A stretch of 64,000 bases of DNA from Negaprion brevirostris (lineage: Eukaryota). The notes beneath the pieces were generated by a model, which was not told the DNA's origin, made no database searches, and was given only the letters and a program-made list of their open reading frames with translations. The stretch is from the NCBI GenBank assembly GCA_030324005.1, contig JARDVH010000143.1, positions 13,328,679 to 13,392,678 on the forward strand, written 5' to 3'. Position numbers and translations under genes: made by a program. Positions 1 to 13,353 of this stretch are shown one piece after another; the first letter of the stretch is position 1; each line of letters opens with the position of its first letter.

Positions 1-1249
1 TATTAAAATATTTCAGGCTGCATAGGTGGCTGGAGAGAGGAATGGTAAAGGTCTATATCTCCATGCCGGTGAATAAGCTTGTATTACATTACATGTTTCA
101 CTCTGAATGCAAACACGATTATAATCCCCAATACAAGTAAAAAAAAACTTGAGCTTGTTCCCTTGATTATTTGGGTACAAATAAAAAAAAACAACTAGAT
201 GCATTATTTTAGGGATTAACAGCCGAAGATTGCAACTGAGAGAATAGGTTTGCCTTGGGTATCAGTTAGGGAGGTGCACTCAGCCTTGGTGGAATGCAGT
301 GGAGTCACAACTGGTATGTGTTATGCCAACTTTTCTGATAAAAAACCCACCACAAGGCAGATGGAGTTAGCGTTGGGACAACACTGCTTTCAATTGGTAC
401 AGGGTTTTGAAATAAAAACAGGAAATGCTGGAAATAGTCAGCAAGGGGCCCGGCAGCATCTGTGGAGGAAATAACGGCTCTCCTGAGGTCTTTGAGGGGA
501 CAATTCCATGAGTGTATTAGTGATGTGTTAGGGATAGAATAAGGTCGATCTAAATCTTCTGTAGCCGTGTATAGCTGTAATTATCATAGAATCTTTATAG
601 CGCAGGAGGCCATTTGGGCCATTGAGTCTACACNNNNNNNNNNNNNNNNNNNNNNNNNNNNNNNNNNNNNNNNNNNNNNNNNNNNNNNNNNNNNNNNNNN
701 NNNNNNNNNNNNNNNNNNNNNNNNNNNNNNNNNNNNNNNNNNNNNNNNNNNNNNNNNNNNNNNNNNNNNNNNNNNNNNNNNNNNNNNNNNNNNNNNNNNN
801 NNNNNNNNNNNNNNNNNNNNNNNNNNNNNNNNNNNNNNNNNNNNNNNNNNNNNNNNNNNNNNNNNNNNNNNNNNNNNNNNNNNNNNNNNNNNNNNNNNNN
901 NNNNNNNNNNNNNNNNNNATTAGAATGTTTATGTCCAAGTAAAATGCACATGGCAGGCATGGAAAATTTAGTAACTTCCTAATTAATCTGATAGAAATTC
1001 AGCTAAATCAGTTGACTAACATTTTGCTGGTGGCACAACCAGGCATATTATCCTTTAAAAATAAGTGTGTTCCCTTGCCTGGCCTCACTCCAACCCTGCA
1101 TACTTCACAAGACCAATCTTCTCTCTCTCTCTCACTGCAAATACCCAATGCCTGTGGACCTCTGGTCTAAAATCAGTTATTGATAAACAGACATTAGGAG
1201 TTAAGAGGAGCTTCCAACAGCTCCTGTGACTGTCAATGGCAGCCATGGA

Positions 1250-1395
1250 GATGCTGGCATTGGACTAGGGTTCAAAAGGTTTATTTGGTAGCATGAACTT
1301 TCGGAATGCTGATTCATCTGATGGAGTGCTCCGAAAGCTCACGTTTCCAAATAATCCTGCTGGACTTCAACCTGGTGTTGAGACTTCTTACCATG
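1250..1395. mobile_element. Short Penelope-like terminal remnant in inverted arrangement
   Basis: ggtttatttgg..aactttcgga (about 1278-1304) is inverse to tccgaaagct..ccaaataatcc (about 1330-1357); same family as 32360-32485. Confidence 0.5.
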
Positions 1396-2264
1396 TCAAC
1401 GGCAGGTTAAAACAATATTTTGTGGGGAACTTTTTTTAAAAAACCCTTTCTCGGAACCAGGAAGAAGAGGTATGCTCACACTGATTTCACAGACTTAATC
1501 ATCCACCCTTCCCATCGCCCATTCAAAAATTCTTCCCCAGTATGGAATTTACTTGAGGGCTGTTAATTGTTACACCACACTGGTGATCTGCCGCTTTGCC
1601 CCAGTTATTCAGAGGAAGCTTGACGACACTTCTTAATGGTTCTTGGGTGGGTCGCAGCCTGATAGAGACTATGATCATGACAAATTTCTACCTCAGTGTT
1701 TAGGCACATATGTATGCGAGGTTTGCAGATCAGATTCTGGTTTCTTATTCCTGTCTTAGAGTGTGCAAGACCTAATTCATTCAAAGGTGACCTGTGAAAT
1801 TGTTATTCATGAAGATCTTCATCTTAATTGGTGAGAAGGGAGACTCAAGAATTCAGATTAAATCATTCTGTCCCTTATTAAAAAAAAAATCAACCTCTAA
1901 TTGATGCCATAAGTGTAAATGAGGAAGACCAAGATGATTTGCTAAACGAGACTAGCCTGGTGCATTGAAATAAACACCAGCCAAAATGATAAGTTGAATA
2001 AAGAACTCAACAATAACTCAGAATAATTCCCTTTGCATCATGACAATGACCCAAACTGGGAATTGAACCTGGGTCACTGGCACTGTGAGGCAGCAGTCTA
2101 ATCACTGTGCCACATGTGCTGCCCCTGGGTTGTGAAACTGCAAGGAGCACATGGTCTTTGCAGGAGGGGACTGGCCCATTCTTCTCTCAGGGGAAAAAAT
2201 AGTCTGAAACATGGTTATCTATTAGACAGAAAAGATCCCATCACAGTCTATGTAACCAAGGAAA

Positions 2265-2440
2265 AGGGGCCTCAGTTTAATGCACCAATTGATACAGAGC
2301 ACTTCCAATAACACTGCACTCCCTGAATACAGCAATAAAGTGCTAAATTAGATTATGTGCTCAAATCCCTGATTGTGGTTTGAGTTCACAACCTTTTGAA
2401 TCGTAAGCAACAGAGCTACCACTAAGCCAGACTGACACTT
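2265..2440 (-). mobile_element. Old Deu-domain-like tRNA SINE (SacSINE1/AmnSINE1-like), degenerate
   Basis: gcactccct...agattatgtgctcaa...tgagttcacaacctt resembles the reverse Deu-SINE consensus as I recall it; similar copy at 45690-45842. Confidence 0.5.
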
Positions 2441-2521
2441 CAAATTGGATAGAGCATTTCTTAAATGAGTACTGGCTTCAATTTAGTGACTCTTTGATGT
2501 ATTGGGAAAATGAAAGTGTAC

Positions 2522-2628
2522 CATAGCAAAGCCGACATCAGCCTTCTTCAGCGCTGGGCCGTCATTTGTTCCATCTCCAGTCACAGCCACCACCTGTCGC
2601 ATCTCTCCAATTGTGCTGTCAATGATAC
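2522..2628 (-). CDS. ATP2B4: PMCA exon, 107 nt: [36 protein letters not shown] (GDGTND hinge motif)
   Basis: Acceptor tttacacag|GT, donor ATG|gtacac; phase 1-0. Confidence 0.97.
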
Positions 2629-3559
2629 CTGTGTAAACAAAATTAAAGTTCAACCGAGGCCATGCAATTACCTCAATGATCCGGCAAAATGCAATTCTTA
2701 AATGGGGAACATGGAGGGATTGGATTAGCAATTCAATTTATCATCATTTTACTCATAATTAGCAAAACATCTCAATGTCAGAGCCCATCAATAACAAATA
2801 ATGCAACAGTTTTGCCATTAAGCAAAACTTCTTCAGCAATGACATTGTATATTTTACCATTAAATTGTATACTGGATGCTGAAGGTCGATCAATGTTTGA
2901 AGCATTTTATGTAAATTTCTGCCTTCTTGATCCAATTTCTTTAATACCTGTATCACTTTGTCTATTGAGAATTGATGAAAATCAGGAATGAAAATTTGAG
3001 CATTTGCTTTGATTTAATGTGGCATGTACTTGTAAACTTTATAACATCATTGTTCACACTGGTGTTGATGCCTAAATTAATCCATTCTTTCAGCTCCTTG
3101 TTGCCAAATTTCGTTGATTGTGAGACCCACTTGTTGGTATCTTGGACTCTTTCTGTTAAGCTAGAGAAGGAGCGCCCAGTGTAATCATTTTGATTTGGAC
3201 GTTATGCCACTCAGCAAAAAGCTAACTGAAGACTAGTCAAATGAAACTGCACATTGTATCTGGGCTTATGCAAATATTAGACAGTTAAAATATATATTTA
3301 TGAAATACTTGCAGCACAATTGGTCAAATGAGCTTTGGCAGTCAAATCCAGTCTGCTTATTACTTCCAAACAGATTAAATCTTACTTCTTGGGAGGGGTA
3401 CCAGGAAACACCCCTTGGCCGTTAACAAAATAGCATTCACTGTGTCAGTGTGTCAAAGGACCACAAGGTAGCACTTTGTAGGAACTGTCATACAAGAAAT
3501 GCCAACACATACATACTTATTCAGGTATCAGTGAATATAGTAATATTGGAGCAATCAAA

Positions 3560-4082
3560 GCAAGATACTGCGAGTGCTGGACATCTGAAATAAAAAAAAC
3601 AGGTAAATGCTGGAAAAACTCTGGTCTGGCAGCATCTGTGAAGAGAGAGAAACAGAGTCAATGCTCCAAGTTGGAGCAGCTCGGTGGCAAGCACTGCTGC
3701 CTCACAGCGCCAGGGACTCGGGTTCAACTCCAGCTTGGGTCACCATCTGCGTGGAGTTTGCACATTTGCCGTCTGCGTGGGTTTCCTCTGGGTGCTCTGG
3801 TTTCCTTCCATAATCCGAAAGACATGCTGGTAGGTAGATTGGCTATGCTAAGTTGCCCCTTAGTGTCACTGGGACTAGCTAGGGTAAATGCATAAGGTTG
3901 TGGAGATAGGTCTGGGTAGGGTTGTGGTCGGTGCAGACTTGATGGGCCAAATGGCCTCCTTCTATATTGTGGGATTCTAGGATTCTAAAATACCATAGAA
4001 TATTTGGTTCTTTAGTTCGAAATGTTAACTTTTGTTTCTCTCGCCACAGATGCTGCCAGACCTACTGAGCTTTTCCAACACT
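3560..4082. mobile_element. Penelope-like inverted-repeat element (arms about 3560-3665 and 4015-4082) split by a SINE
   Basis: ctggaaaaactctggtctggcagcatctgtg is inverse to cacagatgctgccagacctactgagcttttcca. Confidence 0.65.
3675..3987 (+). mobile_element. HE1-like V-SINE, CR1-type tail
   Basis: tRNA-like head (gcactgctgcctcacagcgccagggactcgggttcaa), V core (gggtttcctctgggtgctctggtttcct), tail gggccaaatggcctccttct..gattcta. Confidence 0.85.
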
Positions 4083-4892
4083 ATGCTGATTGGAGAAATC
4101 TACACTGGGTAGTTAAATTCCTGCTTATTCTGCCCAATGTGATGTTATTTTATGCTTCTGCCAAGCACAAAGAGGAGCCTTGATAACACATCCTACATCA
4201 AGGACTGACACCAACTCACAGAAATAAATATATAAACGCATGAAAACATTTAAATGTTTTCAGCTTTTCTTCTAGTGGGCAGTACCAAAAGATGTAGGGT
4301 GTCACCTTACTGGTTTGTTCTGCTGCTCATTTGGAGACGCGAGCTGGTATGATCGGGTGAGAAGTGAAAATTTGGGATTGTGTCCGGCAGGAAGGGAGGG
4401 GTAGGCAGGGAGCAACAGAAGATCCCCAGAGATTAGGATGGCACAATAGCATCCCTAGAACTCANNNNNNNNNNNNNNNNNNNNNNNNNNNNNNNNNNNN
4501 NNNNNNNNNNNNNNNNNNNNNNNNNNNNNNNNNNNNNNNNNNNNNNNNNNNNNNNNNNNNNNNNNNNNNNNNNNNNNNNNNNNNNNNNNNNNNNNNNNNN
4601 NNNNNNNNNNNNNNNNNNNNNNNNNNNNNNNNNNNNNNNNNNNNNNNNNNNNNNNNNNNNNNNNNNNNNNNNNNNNNNNNNNNNNNNNNNNNNNNNNNNN
4701 NTCTGATCACTAAACTTTTCCATATAAACAGTTTGAGCCTCGTTTTCACATTGTAGAACTTCCTCATGTATAATGTGGTCTTTCCACGAAAGTCCAAGGG
4801 AGCTTTTCATCAAGGGGCAGTGCACTCTTGAAATACATTTGAAAACTAGGGAGATAGAAGGGGAGTCAGAAACATAATTCCCATCAGGCCGT

Positions 4893-5090
4893 GCAAAGGT
4901 GTGTGGATTTGGTGGATCGGCCATGACAAATTGCACTTTAGTGCCAGGAAGATTAGCACTGTGAATGTGTGGGGTTGTAGGGATAGGGCCTGGGTAGGAC
5001 TATTGTTGGTGCAGGCTCAATGGGCCGATTGGCATCCTCCTGCATTGAAGCCAGATCCCTGGCGGTGTGAAGCAGCAGTGCTAACCACTC
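4893..5090. mobile_element. V-SINE tail (+, 4893-5047) joined to a V-SINE head (-, 5048-5090)
   Basis: Direct similarity to the other copies in the window. Confidence 0.7.
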
Positions 5091-6111
5091 TGCTGTGTTT
5101 TGGCAACAGTCTTCCTTGAAGCAGTTTTTCTTCCCGTCATTTCTGGGTTGCAGTGCCACTGGAACTGATGAGACAGCACAACCAACGGTTAACCTTTATT
5201 CTTGGTAGTGAGTTCCCACGGAGCTTCCCAGTGGTGACCACTGAATGACAACCAGTTACTCTTTTACTTTGACCAAAGGATGTAAAGATCAATTGTGATG
5301 TTCTGAACACTGCAATAACATAGCAGAGACTGGGGATCAGAGCTGGCATGCTGCCCCCGGTACGCCCTCTGGCTGGTGTGGCTCCGATATTACGTGGACT
5401 AACTTGCAGTCACAGAGGAGAAGCGGAACATGTTTTTGTTCCAACGGCAAGGTGTTCTGGGGGAAAAAAGGGTGCAGCGGTCTGGAGGGGAAGGTAAAGC
5501 AAAATTGAGAGCAGAATGTTGAAATTCTTCTGGACGAGGATCATAAATCATGGCACGACACGATTTTAAGCATAACTGCTCCTTTCAAGGCAGCAACCTC
5601 CCCAAGCTGACATTTCCTCAACTGAGGTCATCATCTCGGGGTAAAAGGACAGCAAAGTGATTCTGAACATTGATTTTTACTTACAGATGTATGGATCCAT
5701 TTTTCAAATAATAAAGCCATTAATGAATAAAGCTGTTTTTTTTTTTTGCTTGCTACCCATTGTCCCAGTGAGTGAAGAGGCACTTTAGAGATTAAATTTT
5801 AATGACCAGGTTGGCCAGGGGGATGTTACGTTATAGACTGAAGTGCTCTTTAAATTGGCTTTCTTTGAAGTTGGGAAATTCTAGCCTAAGTAGTTTGTGA
5901 ATGATAGATTCTGGAGGCAAGGTGTCTTGTGTGTAAGCTGATGTTTTAATTTAAGAAAAGATTATTCTGACAGTATTGTACTGCAAGGGGCATTCCCTCA
6001 TACATTCAGATATGCTTGGATTGAAAAAGGTGAGCCTGACCTACAAAAACCAGACCTTTCCTTCAAAGAACTGTTAAGTGGCATCAGGAACTTCTCCCCC
6101 AACTCCAAAGA

Positions 6112-6712
6112 ATAAGAGAATAAAAGAAAGTACAGCACAGGAACAGGCCCTTTGGCCTTCCAAGCCTGTGCCGATCATGACACCCTATTTAAATTAAAAG
6201 CCTTTACCCTTACTCAGTCCGTATCCTTTCCTTTTCTCCCTATTCATGTACTCATCCAGATGCCTCTTAAATAGAATCACAGAATCCCTGCAATGCAGAA
6301 GGACATTTGGCCCATCAAGTCTGCGCCGACCACGATCCCACCCAGCCCCTATCTCCATAGCCTCACGTATTTACCTTGCTAGTCCCCCTGATACTAAGTG
6401 GCAATTTAGCATGGCCAATCAACCTGACCCACACAGCTTTGGACACTGGGAGAAAACTGGAGGAAATCCACGCAGACATGGGGAGAATGTGCAAACTCAA
6501 CATAGACAGCCACCCAAGCCAGGAATCGAACCCAGGGCCCTGGCGCTGAGAGACAGCAGTGCTAACCACTGTGCCATGTTGCTAATGTGTCTGCTTCATC
6601 CACCAACTCTGGCAGCGTGTTCCAGGCATCCACCACTCTGAAAAACTTCTTCTGCAGATCTCCCTTAAACTCTCCCCTCTCACCTTGAACCTGTGCCCCC
6701 TTGCAATTGAAA
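6112..6712 (-). mobile_element. CR1-type LINE 3' end with a V-SINE (6273-6575, -) inserted into it
   Basis: The LINE sequence gcctcttaaat|gttgctaat is interrupted by the SINE; ORF 6562-6756 reads FFRVVDAWNTLP (CR1 C-terminus). Confidence 0.8.
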
Positions 6713-7409
6713 TTTAATGATAATCCATTTAATGGTGCTAAATTCAAAGTTACCAACTACTTGGTAGGAAGCTTAATTACATTTTTTTCATCTAAAGCCA
6801 CACANNNNNNNNNNNNNNNNNNNNNNNATGTGGCAAAGGCACTCAGCTGACTAACATCAGCCACAGCCTCAAGAGATTGGAAACTGTACCCAGTTGTACT
6901 GAAGGCCCTAAATTAGCATCGGTGCTGATTCCGAGAGGCTGTCCATTAGCATATTGTGTGGTAAATGTTGCTCGAGTAGATTTTTAAGGAGCTTCAGACA
7001 CAAATTTGTTTTGTATAGGCTGTAGAGAAATAAAGTTTCCTGCAAGATAAGGAATATTAGTTATTGTTAAGCACTTTTAAAAGCTGGGGTGGGCATATGG
7101 TACCCAGAAATGACTAACCTCCTATTTTCCCAATGTGATAATAATCTACCTACCAGCTGTTTAGCTTTGGCCCTCTAGCAGTTAGCATGATTTATATGCA
7201 GAGAGTTAAGTACATCAGAGCAAAATGCTCTAAAATTGAACATATTTGCTTTAGGTACAAAAATGTTCATTGTTGTATTTTATGGACAGATATATTCTTT
7301 CTAAAACTAGTTTCACTTAAATAGGAAGACAGCTCCACATTTTTCATTTCTGGGTTCAAATCAAATATAGCATCATTGATGATGTTATATTTGATTTCCT
7401 TATACCCTT

Positions 7410-7750
7410 ACAGAGTAGGAGAAGGCTATTTGGCCCATCGAGTCTGCACCAACTCTCTGACAGAGCATCTGACCAATGACCACCCCACCTCCGCAACCCA
7501 CACATTTATCCCACCAATTCCCATAATCCACACACCATGGGACACTAAGGGGCAATGCAGCATGTCCAACCCACTTCACCTGCACATCTTTGGAGCNNNN
7601 NNNNNNNNNNNNNNNNNNNNNNNNNNNNNNNNNNNNNNNNNNNNNNNNNNNNNNNNNNNNNNNNNNNNNNNNNNNNNNNNNNNNNNNNNNNNNNNNNNNN
7701 NNNNNNNNNNNNNNNNNNNNNNNNGGCAGCAGCACCAATCGCTATGCCAT
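7410..7750 (-). mobile_element. V-SINE spanning a gap
   Basis: Tail and core before the gap; head remnant ggcagcagcaccaatcgctatgcca after it. Confidence 0.7.
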
Positions 7751-8262
7751 TGGGCTGCAGAAAGATTCAAGTTCAGGTTCTAGCATTTAAACTGTGCTTT
7801 GTTTAATTGTGCTCCATTTTGTATAGATGGCTGTACTTTCCTACACTCTCTAGGTGCTTTGCACTTAGCTGATACTTGTGTTTTGCAACACTTATTGATA
7901 ACATTTTTTAAATGTTAGTACAAAAACATTCCACAATATGCTTGTTATAAACCATACAAATAATAAAGTTTAAAAGCTTTGTTCCACATAATCATGCTTC
8001 TCAAATGCAATTTCACAGGTAGAAAATGATCTGTATTTGTTCAGTCTCTCTGATTATCACTAACTGTAGACCTGTAACATTAAGGCCACTCAGAACTACT
8101 TTAATGCCATCCTTTTTCTCCTCCCCCATAACTTCAATCCAAAATCAAAAATCAAAAACACTTGTCGACTCCAGCCTGCAGATTGCAGATCCAATTTGAT
8201 GTACATCTTTCTCAGTAGGAAACAGTACAGCTGTGGTTCTGAACAAAACTTGATTCAAATAC

Positions 8263-8345
8263 CTTTCACTAGTGTGTGTTTATCTGTTGGGGAAGATCGT
8301 GCGAGGACACGGAGACTTGGCCAAACCTTGTCGAGACGATCTTGC
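8263..8345 (-). CDS. ATP2B4: PMCA exon with its 5' end lost in a gap (expected 88 nt, start about 8350): ..QDRLDKVWPSLRVLARSSPTDKHTLVK
   Basis: Hand-translated; contains LRVLARSSPTDKHTLVK. Donor AAAG|gtattt; N run begins at 8346. Confidence 0.93.
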
Positions 8346-8414
8346 NNNNNNNNNNNNNNNNNNNNNNNNNNNNNNNNNNNNNNNNNNNNNNNNNNNNNNN
8401 NNNNNNNNNNNNNN

Positions 8415-8725
8415 TTATGTCACAAATAGGTTTACATTAACACTGCAACAAAGTTACTTTGAAAATTCCTTAGTCGCCACACTCTGGCACCTAATTGGAA
8501 ATTGTGAGGAGGTATGTGGTACCTATTCAGGCACACAGAAGGGAAAATTTAGCATGGCCAATGTACCTAACCAGCATGCCTTTCGGACTAAGGAAGGAAA
8601 CCGGAGCACCCGGAGGAAATCCCTGCAGACACAGGGAGAAGGTGCAAACTTACACAGTGACCCGAGTTGGGATTCAAACCTGGGTCCCTGGTGCTGGGAA
8701 GCAGCAATGCTAGCCACTGTGCCAT
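8415..8725 (-). mobile_element. V-SINE, alternative tail (type b)
   Basis: gtcacaaataggtttacattaacactgcaa..ttactttgaaaattcc tail plus V core and head. Confidence 0.85.
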
Positions 8726-9469
8726 CCTTTTTTATCATTCAGCATGCTCTCTTTGTATTTAAGACTATAATAGTTAGTTTTCCACAGCACCCAAAAAGTA
8801 CAGTTCATGAACTGCACGTAATCAACGTTTCATGTAGCTCCATTTTGGAATTGAACCCTCCAACAGAAGTACTGCCTCATGTCCCCCAACATTTCTTGCA
8901 TTGGTACAGGAATAGTTTCAGAAAGGTATTTGCTGTTGTTCAGAAATGAATTAACACAGGGTCTTGGCTTGATACAATGTAGAGAACAGAATTTGCCCAT
9001 CACTTTTGATGGGTCATGACAGTATTTCACATTCTGCAATAAGAAATCAGTTTCTATTTCCTAGCCACAAATGGATAAGCTAGTCAGTGGTGTTCCTGTG
9101 TTAATGCCTGGATATTTATTGAAGGAATACACCATCGTTGTGTTTGCTATACTTGGCATACAGATCCAATTTCATAGCTCTTTGCCTCTCGTGATTTAGC
9201 ATACACACACAAGCACAAAATCATCTCAGTTTTATGCCAAGTAGAAAAACAGGACAAAGAGCAATGTACGTCAAAATGAAACTACATTCCACAGTTATTG
9301 TGCATTCTTTCTGTATTTCGCCAATAAACGGCAAAGGTAGAAGAGTCCCGACGTAATCCTGAAGGCAGATATTACAGCGTAAATGTATCAAGATACTGGC
9401 CACAGTCAACTAGAGAAATGTAAATTAGATATGCTTTCCGAAGGAGGCCAAGAAATACACATATGCCTA

Positions 9470-9940
9470 TATTTGATTTATTATTGTCACATGTATTGGT
9501 ATATAGTGAAAAGTATTGTTTCTTGCATGCTATACAGACAAAGCATACCGCTTATAAGGAGGAAAGGAGAGAGTGCGGAATGTACTGTTACAGTCATAGC
9601 TAGAGTGTAGAGAAAGATCAACTTTATGCGAGGTAGGTCCATTCAAAATGTCTGATGGTAGCAGGGAAGAAGCTGTTCTTGAGTTGGTAGGTATGTGACC
9701 TCTGACGTCTGTATTTTTTTCCCAACAAAAAGGTGGAAGAGGGAATGTCTGAGGTATGGGGGAGGCCTTCATTATGCTGGCTGCTTTTCTGAGGCAGCAG
9801 GAATTGTAGATAGTGTCAATGGATGGAAAGCTGGTTTGCGTGATGGACTGGGCTACATTCACAATCTTTTGTGGTTTCTTTTGCTCTGCCGAGAACCACA
9901 AGCCATACCAAGCTGTGATACAAGCAGAAAGAATGTTTTC
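9470..9940 (-). mobile_element. Rex1/Babar-like LINE 3' fragment
   Basis: ORF 9530-9946 reads ENILSACITAWYG..QKIVNVAQSITQTSFPSIDTIYNSCCLRKAASI, like a Rex1-clade ORF C-terminus; 3' end catgtgacaataataaatcaaat. Confidence 0.7.
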
Positions 9941-10689
9941 TTCCACCTGTGCAGTGGGAAACAGGCCAACGTTGCTGCAGTTTGCAAGATCACCTTAAAA
10001 CAATGCCGTTTTGAGCTCAAGGTATCATGACACCACATCTCCGAACACATCCATGTGTGGGCAGGTAATAGAAACCAACCCACTGAAACACTCACACAAC
10101 TGCCATCAAAAGCGATGGGTGAATTCTGCTTTGCAACAATCCACTGTACCTTCACATCTTCCTGTAGATGAGAGAACCTGGCACCAATGGAACAGATTCT
10201 AATAGCATTTCAGGGCATAAAGTATGTTGGCAACCTCTAACTATCTTGAGCATCAAGAGAGATCTAACTCAGCTGAAAGACTGACCCAGAAGAGAGTGCA
10301 CTGGCTGACAAAGTACAAATCAGCAAAAAATAGGCTGTGGAACATTGCTGTCAGGACAGAGGATCGGTCACTCCTTAGCTGTAAGTTTGGGGATTCTGAT
10401 TTTATGGATCTGGTTTCTAAATGACATTTATATTTGCAGTGCTATGTTTGAATGGCTTCACAAAACAACAATTCATCAGAGCGAATGAGTATGCATGGGA
10501 TTGAAATGTGAGGGGGAAATGATAGCCCCCCAGCTGCATCAATGGCACAAAGTCAATGTTACAAAATAACCAGTACTAGACAAAAATAAAATGTAGCAAA
10601 TTTTCAATAGGTCAGTTCAGACTTCTTTTTCCCCAAATATTCAATTCCATCCAAAAAATCCCAAATCCGAATTCAAATTGAATTCAGTT

Positions 10690-11500
10690 GGAGGAGTTTA
10701 ATTTAGATAAATGAGAGGTGATGCATTTTGGGTAGATCGAGCTGGGGCAGGACCTACTCAGTTAATGGTAGGGCACAGGGGAGAGTTGTCAAACAACGAG
10801 ATCTAGGGGTACAGGTTCATAACTCCTTGAAAGTGGAGACACGTGAACAGGGTGGTGGAGACAGCATTCGGCATGCTTGGTTTCATTGGTCAGAACGTTG
10901 AATACAGGAGTTGGGACGTCTTGTTGAAATTGTACAAGACGTTAGTAAGGCCACACTTGGAATACAGTGTACAGTTCTGGTCACCCTATTATAGGAAGGT
11001 TATTATTAAACTAGAAAGGGTACAGAGAAAATTTACTAGAATGCTACGAGGACTTGATGGTTTGAGTTATAAGGAAAGTCTGGTTAGACCGGGACTTTTT
11101 TCCCTGCAGCATAGGAGGCTTAAGGGTAATCTTATAGAGGTCTATAAAATAACAAGGGGCAGAGATCAGCTAGGTAGTCAACATCTTTCCCCAAAGTCTA
11201 AAGGAGTCTAAAACTAGAGGGCATAGGTTTAAAGTGAGAGGGGAGATATACAAAAGGGTCCAGAGGGGCAATTTTTTCACAGAGTGGTGAGCGCCTGAAA
11301 CAAGCTGCCAGTGGTAGTAGAAGAGGCAGGTACAATTTTATCTTTTAAGCAGCATTTTGACAGTTACGTTGGAAAGATAGGCATAGAGGGAAATGGGCCA
11401 AATGTGGGCAATTGGGACGAGCTTAGTGGTAAAAACTGGGTGACATGGACAAGTACGGAAGGGCCTGTTTCCATGCTGTAAAAGCTCAATGATTCTAATT
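10690..11500 (+). mobile_element. CR1 (HER1-like) LINE, 5'-truncated: ORF2 C-terminus and tail
   Basis: ORF 10843-11211: LLKLYKTLVRPHLEYSVQFWSPYYRK..LERVQRKFTRML; tail gggcctgtttccatgctgta..gattcta. Confidence 0.9.
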
Positions 11501-12976
11501 CATGGTACCCATGAAAGGGACAAACAAGGTCCAAGCTGACAGAAGAGGTATCGCACCCCGTCTTGGACTTGATCCGACACTTCATCTTAGCCAAAAGTCA
11601 GAGATGGCTTTGAAAGATTGCATTAGGATGATGCCTCCGTTAAACCTCATTGATTACTTTGAAAACTGACTCTACCCTAGCTTGGGAGATCAACCTGCTT
11701 AGTCACTGCTCTCCCATTCAATTTGTCTTCCACCTGGTCTGTAGTTATCAACTTTGAACAGCCACTTTACATTGCTGGGAGTATGAATGGGCAGATTTTG
11801 GTTAGGATTAGGCGAGAAAGTGAATCAAAAGCACTCAATGATCAGTATCATTGAATATGTCACTGAATGCTGACCGGCAAATTCCTCTTCCTACTTTCCC
11901 GAATGGAAAAACTGAATTGGTGTGATCATATTTCTTCAGTGTCTTTTGCATGTTCCTGGCCAAAAAGGGCAGGTGTTTCCACCAGGTGTCAGAGTTGTCA
12001 ATGGAAAATTAAGTGGGTAATGACGCAAGGCATTACCGGTCTCAGCTTTACATGTCCAATGGCTTCCTGCTACCACCTGAAAAACCAAACTGTGCCCAGG
12101 AGCTCCAGGCCACTTGATCTGATACTGCGGTGGCCACAGCAATGTATTTAATGTATTTATTTTCAAACATGATTGCTTTACATTTAACATGCACATACTC
12201 TGAGGCAATGTGCCAAAATGACTTAAACATGCAATCTTTGCCTTGCTGCAGAAGCTGCATTTGTTAGCCTGTAATTGCTTTGAAAAACTGAACAGCACCA
12301 GTGAAACTGACTGAACTGCTTGTGTTCAGGGTTCACTACCACTTGCCCTTTACAGCGAGCAAGGTAAATGATTGATAGAACAAAGGTAAATCATTTCACC
12401 GAGCAAATGTCAGTGAGAGATATTGATGGGTCACCTCAGTCCTGGGCAAGAATTATATGCCAAGTGATTGGGGCAAAGCACCAAGTGTCTGGAGGATCTA
12501 ATGCACCTTTCGGTACCTTAATATGAAATGGTATTTTTTATCTATTAGCAAGCACTCCCAGTGTGCAGCTCCTGGGCTAACTGCAATCTTCAAGAGCCTC
12601 CAGCATGGCTATTTTTCCTGAAAGCCTTAATCTCTGGGTCTGAAACCAGCCCATTGTGCCCGTCCCAGCCGAGGTGTGTGCTAAAAGACAAAACTCTGGT
12701 GTTTTCACCCTTACAGGGTAGACCAAGTTATTAGTTAAGGTGGAGACTTGGTTCATATTGGAGGGTTGGAGTGTCACACCAGTTTCAGAAAAACAAACGG
12801 TTTGCTAGGTGGCAATTTTTGCATGTACAATCACAAGCCTCATGTTCTCTCCAGCCCAAGGATTACAGTCTGTCACAGGCTGAGAAGTAAAGATGCACTT
12901 AACTAATTCAGAACAGTGCTGGAATCATCCAGGTTCCCACAACATTGTTGTGAAGTTGTGGAAAAAGGTGGGTTCT

Positions 12977-13353
12977 AGAATCATAGAATCCCCACGGCAT
13001 CAGGACAGCCATTCAGCCCATCGAGTCTGCACCGACCAGAATCCCACCCAGTCNNNNNNNNNNNNNNNNNNNNNNNNNNNNNNNNNNNNNNNNNNNNNNN
13101 NNNNNNNNNNNNNNNNNNNNNNNNNNNNCCCACGTATTTACCCTGCTAACCCCTGACACTAAGGGGCAATTTAGCATGGCCAATCAACCTAACCCGCACA
13201 TCTTTGGAGTGTGGGAGAAAATCAGAACACCTGGAGGAAACCCACACAGACACAGGGAGAACACGCAAACTCCACACAAACAGTGACTCAAGCCAGGAAT
13301 CGGACACGGGACCCTAAATGCTCTGAGGCAGCAGTGCTAACCACTGTGCTGCC
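12977..13353 (-). mobile_element. V-SINE, CR1-type tail, with internal gap
   Basis: tagaatcatagaatccc tail, V core, head gaggcagcagtgctaaccactgtgc. Confidence 0.85.

Noticed and set aside
528-960. Long ORFs here and at 4364-4936, 36805-37312, 50013-50696 and 58408-58762
   Set aside because: Artefacts of translating through N gaps.
1-2521. Next expected PMCA exon (GIAGTDVAKEASDIIL)
   Set aside because: Not found. The 634-919 gap begins inside a SINE tail, so the exon most likely lies beyond the window.
3521-3895. Recurrent short ORFs (WLALLPHSARDPGS.., CEAAVLTT..) across the window
   Set aside because: Translations of V-SINE copies, not a protein family.
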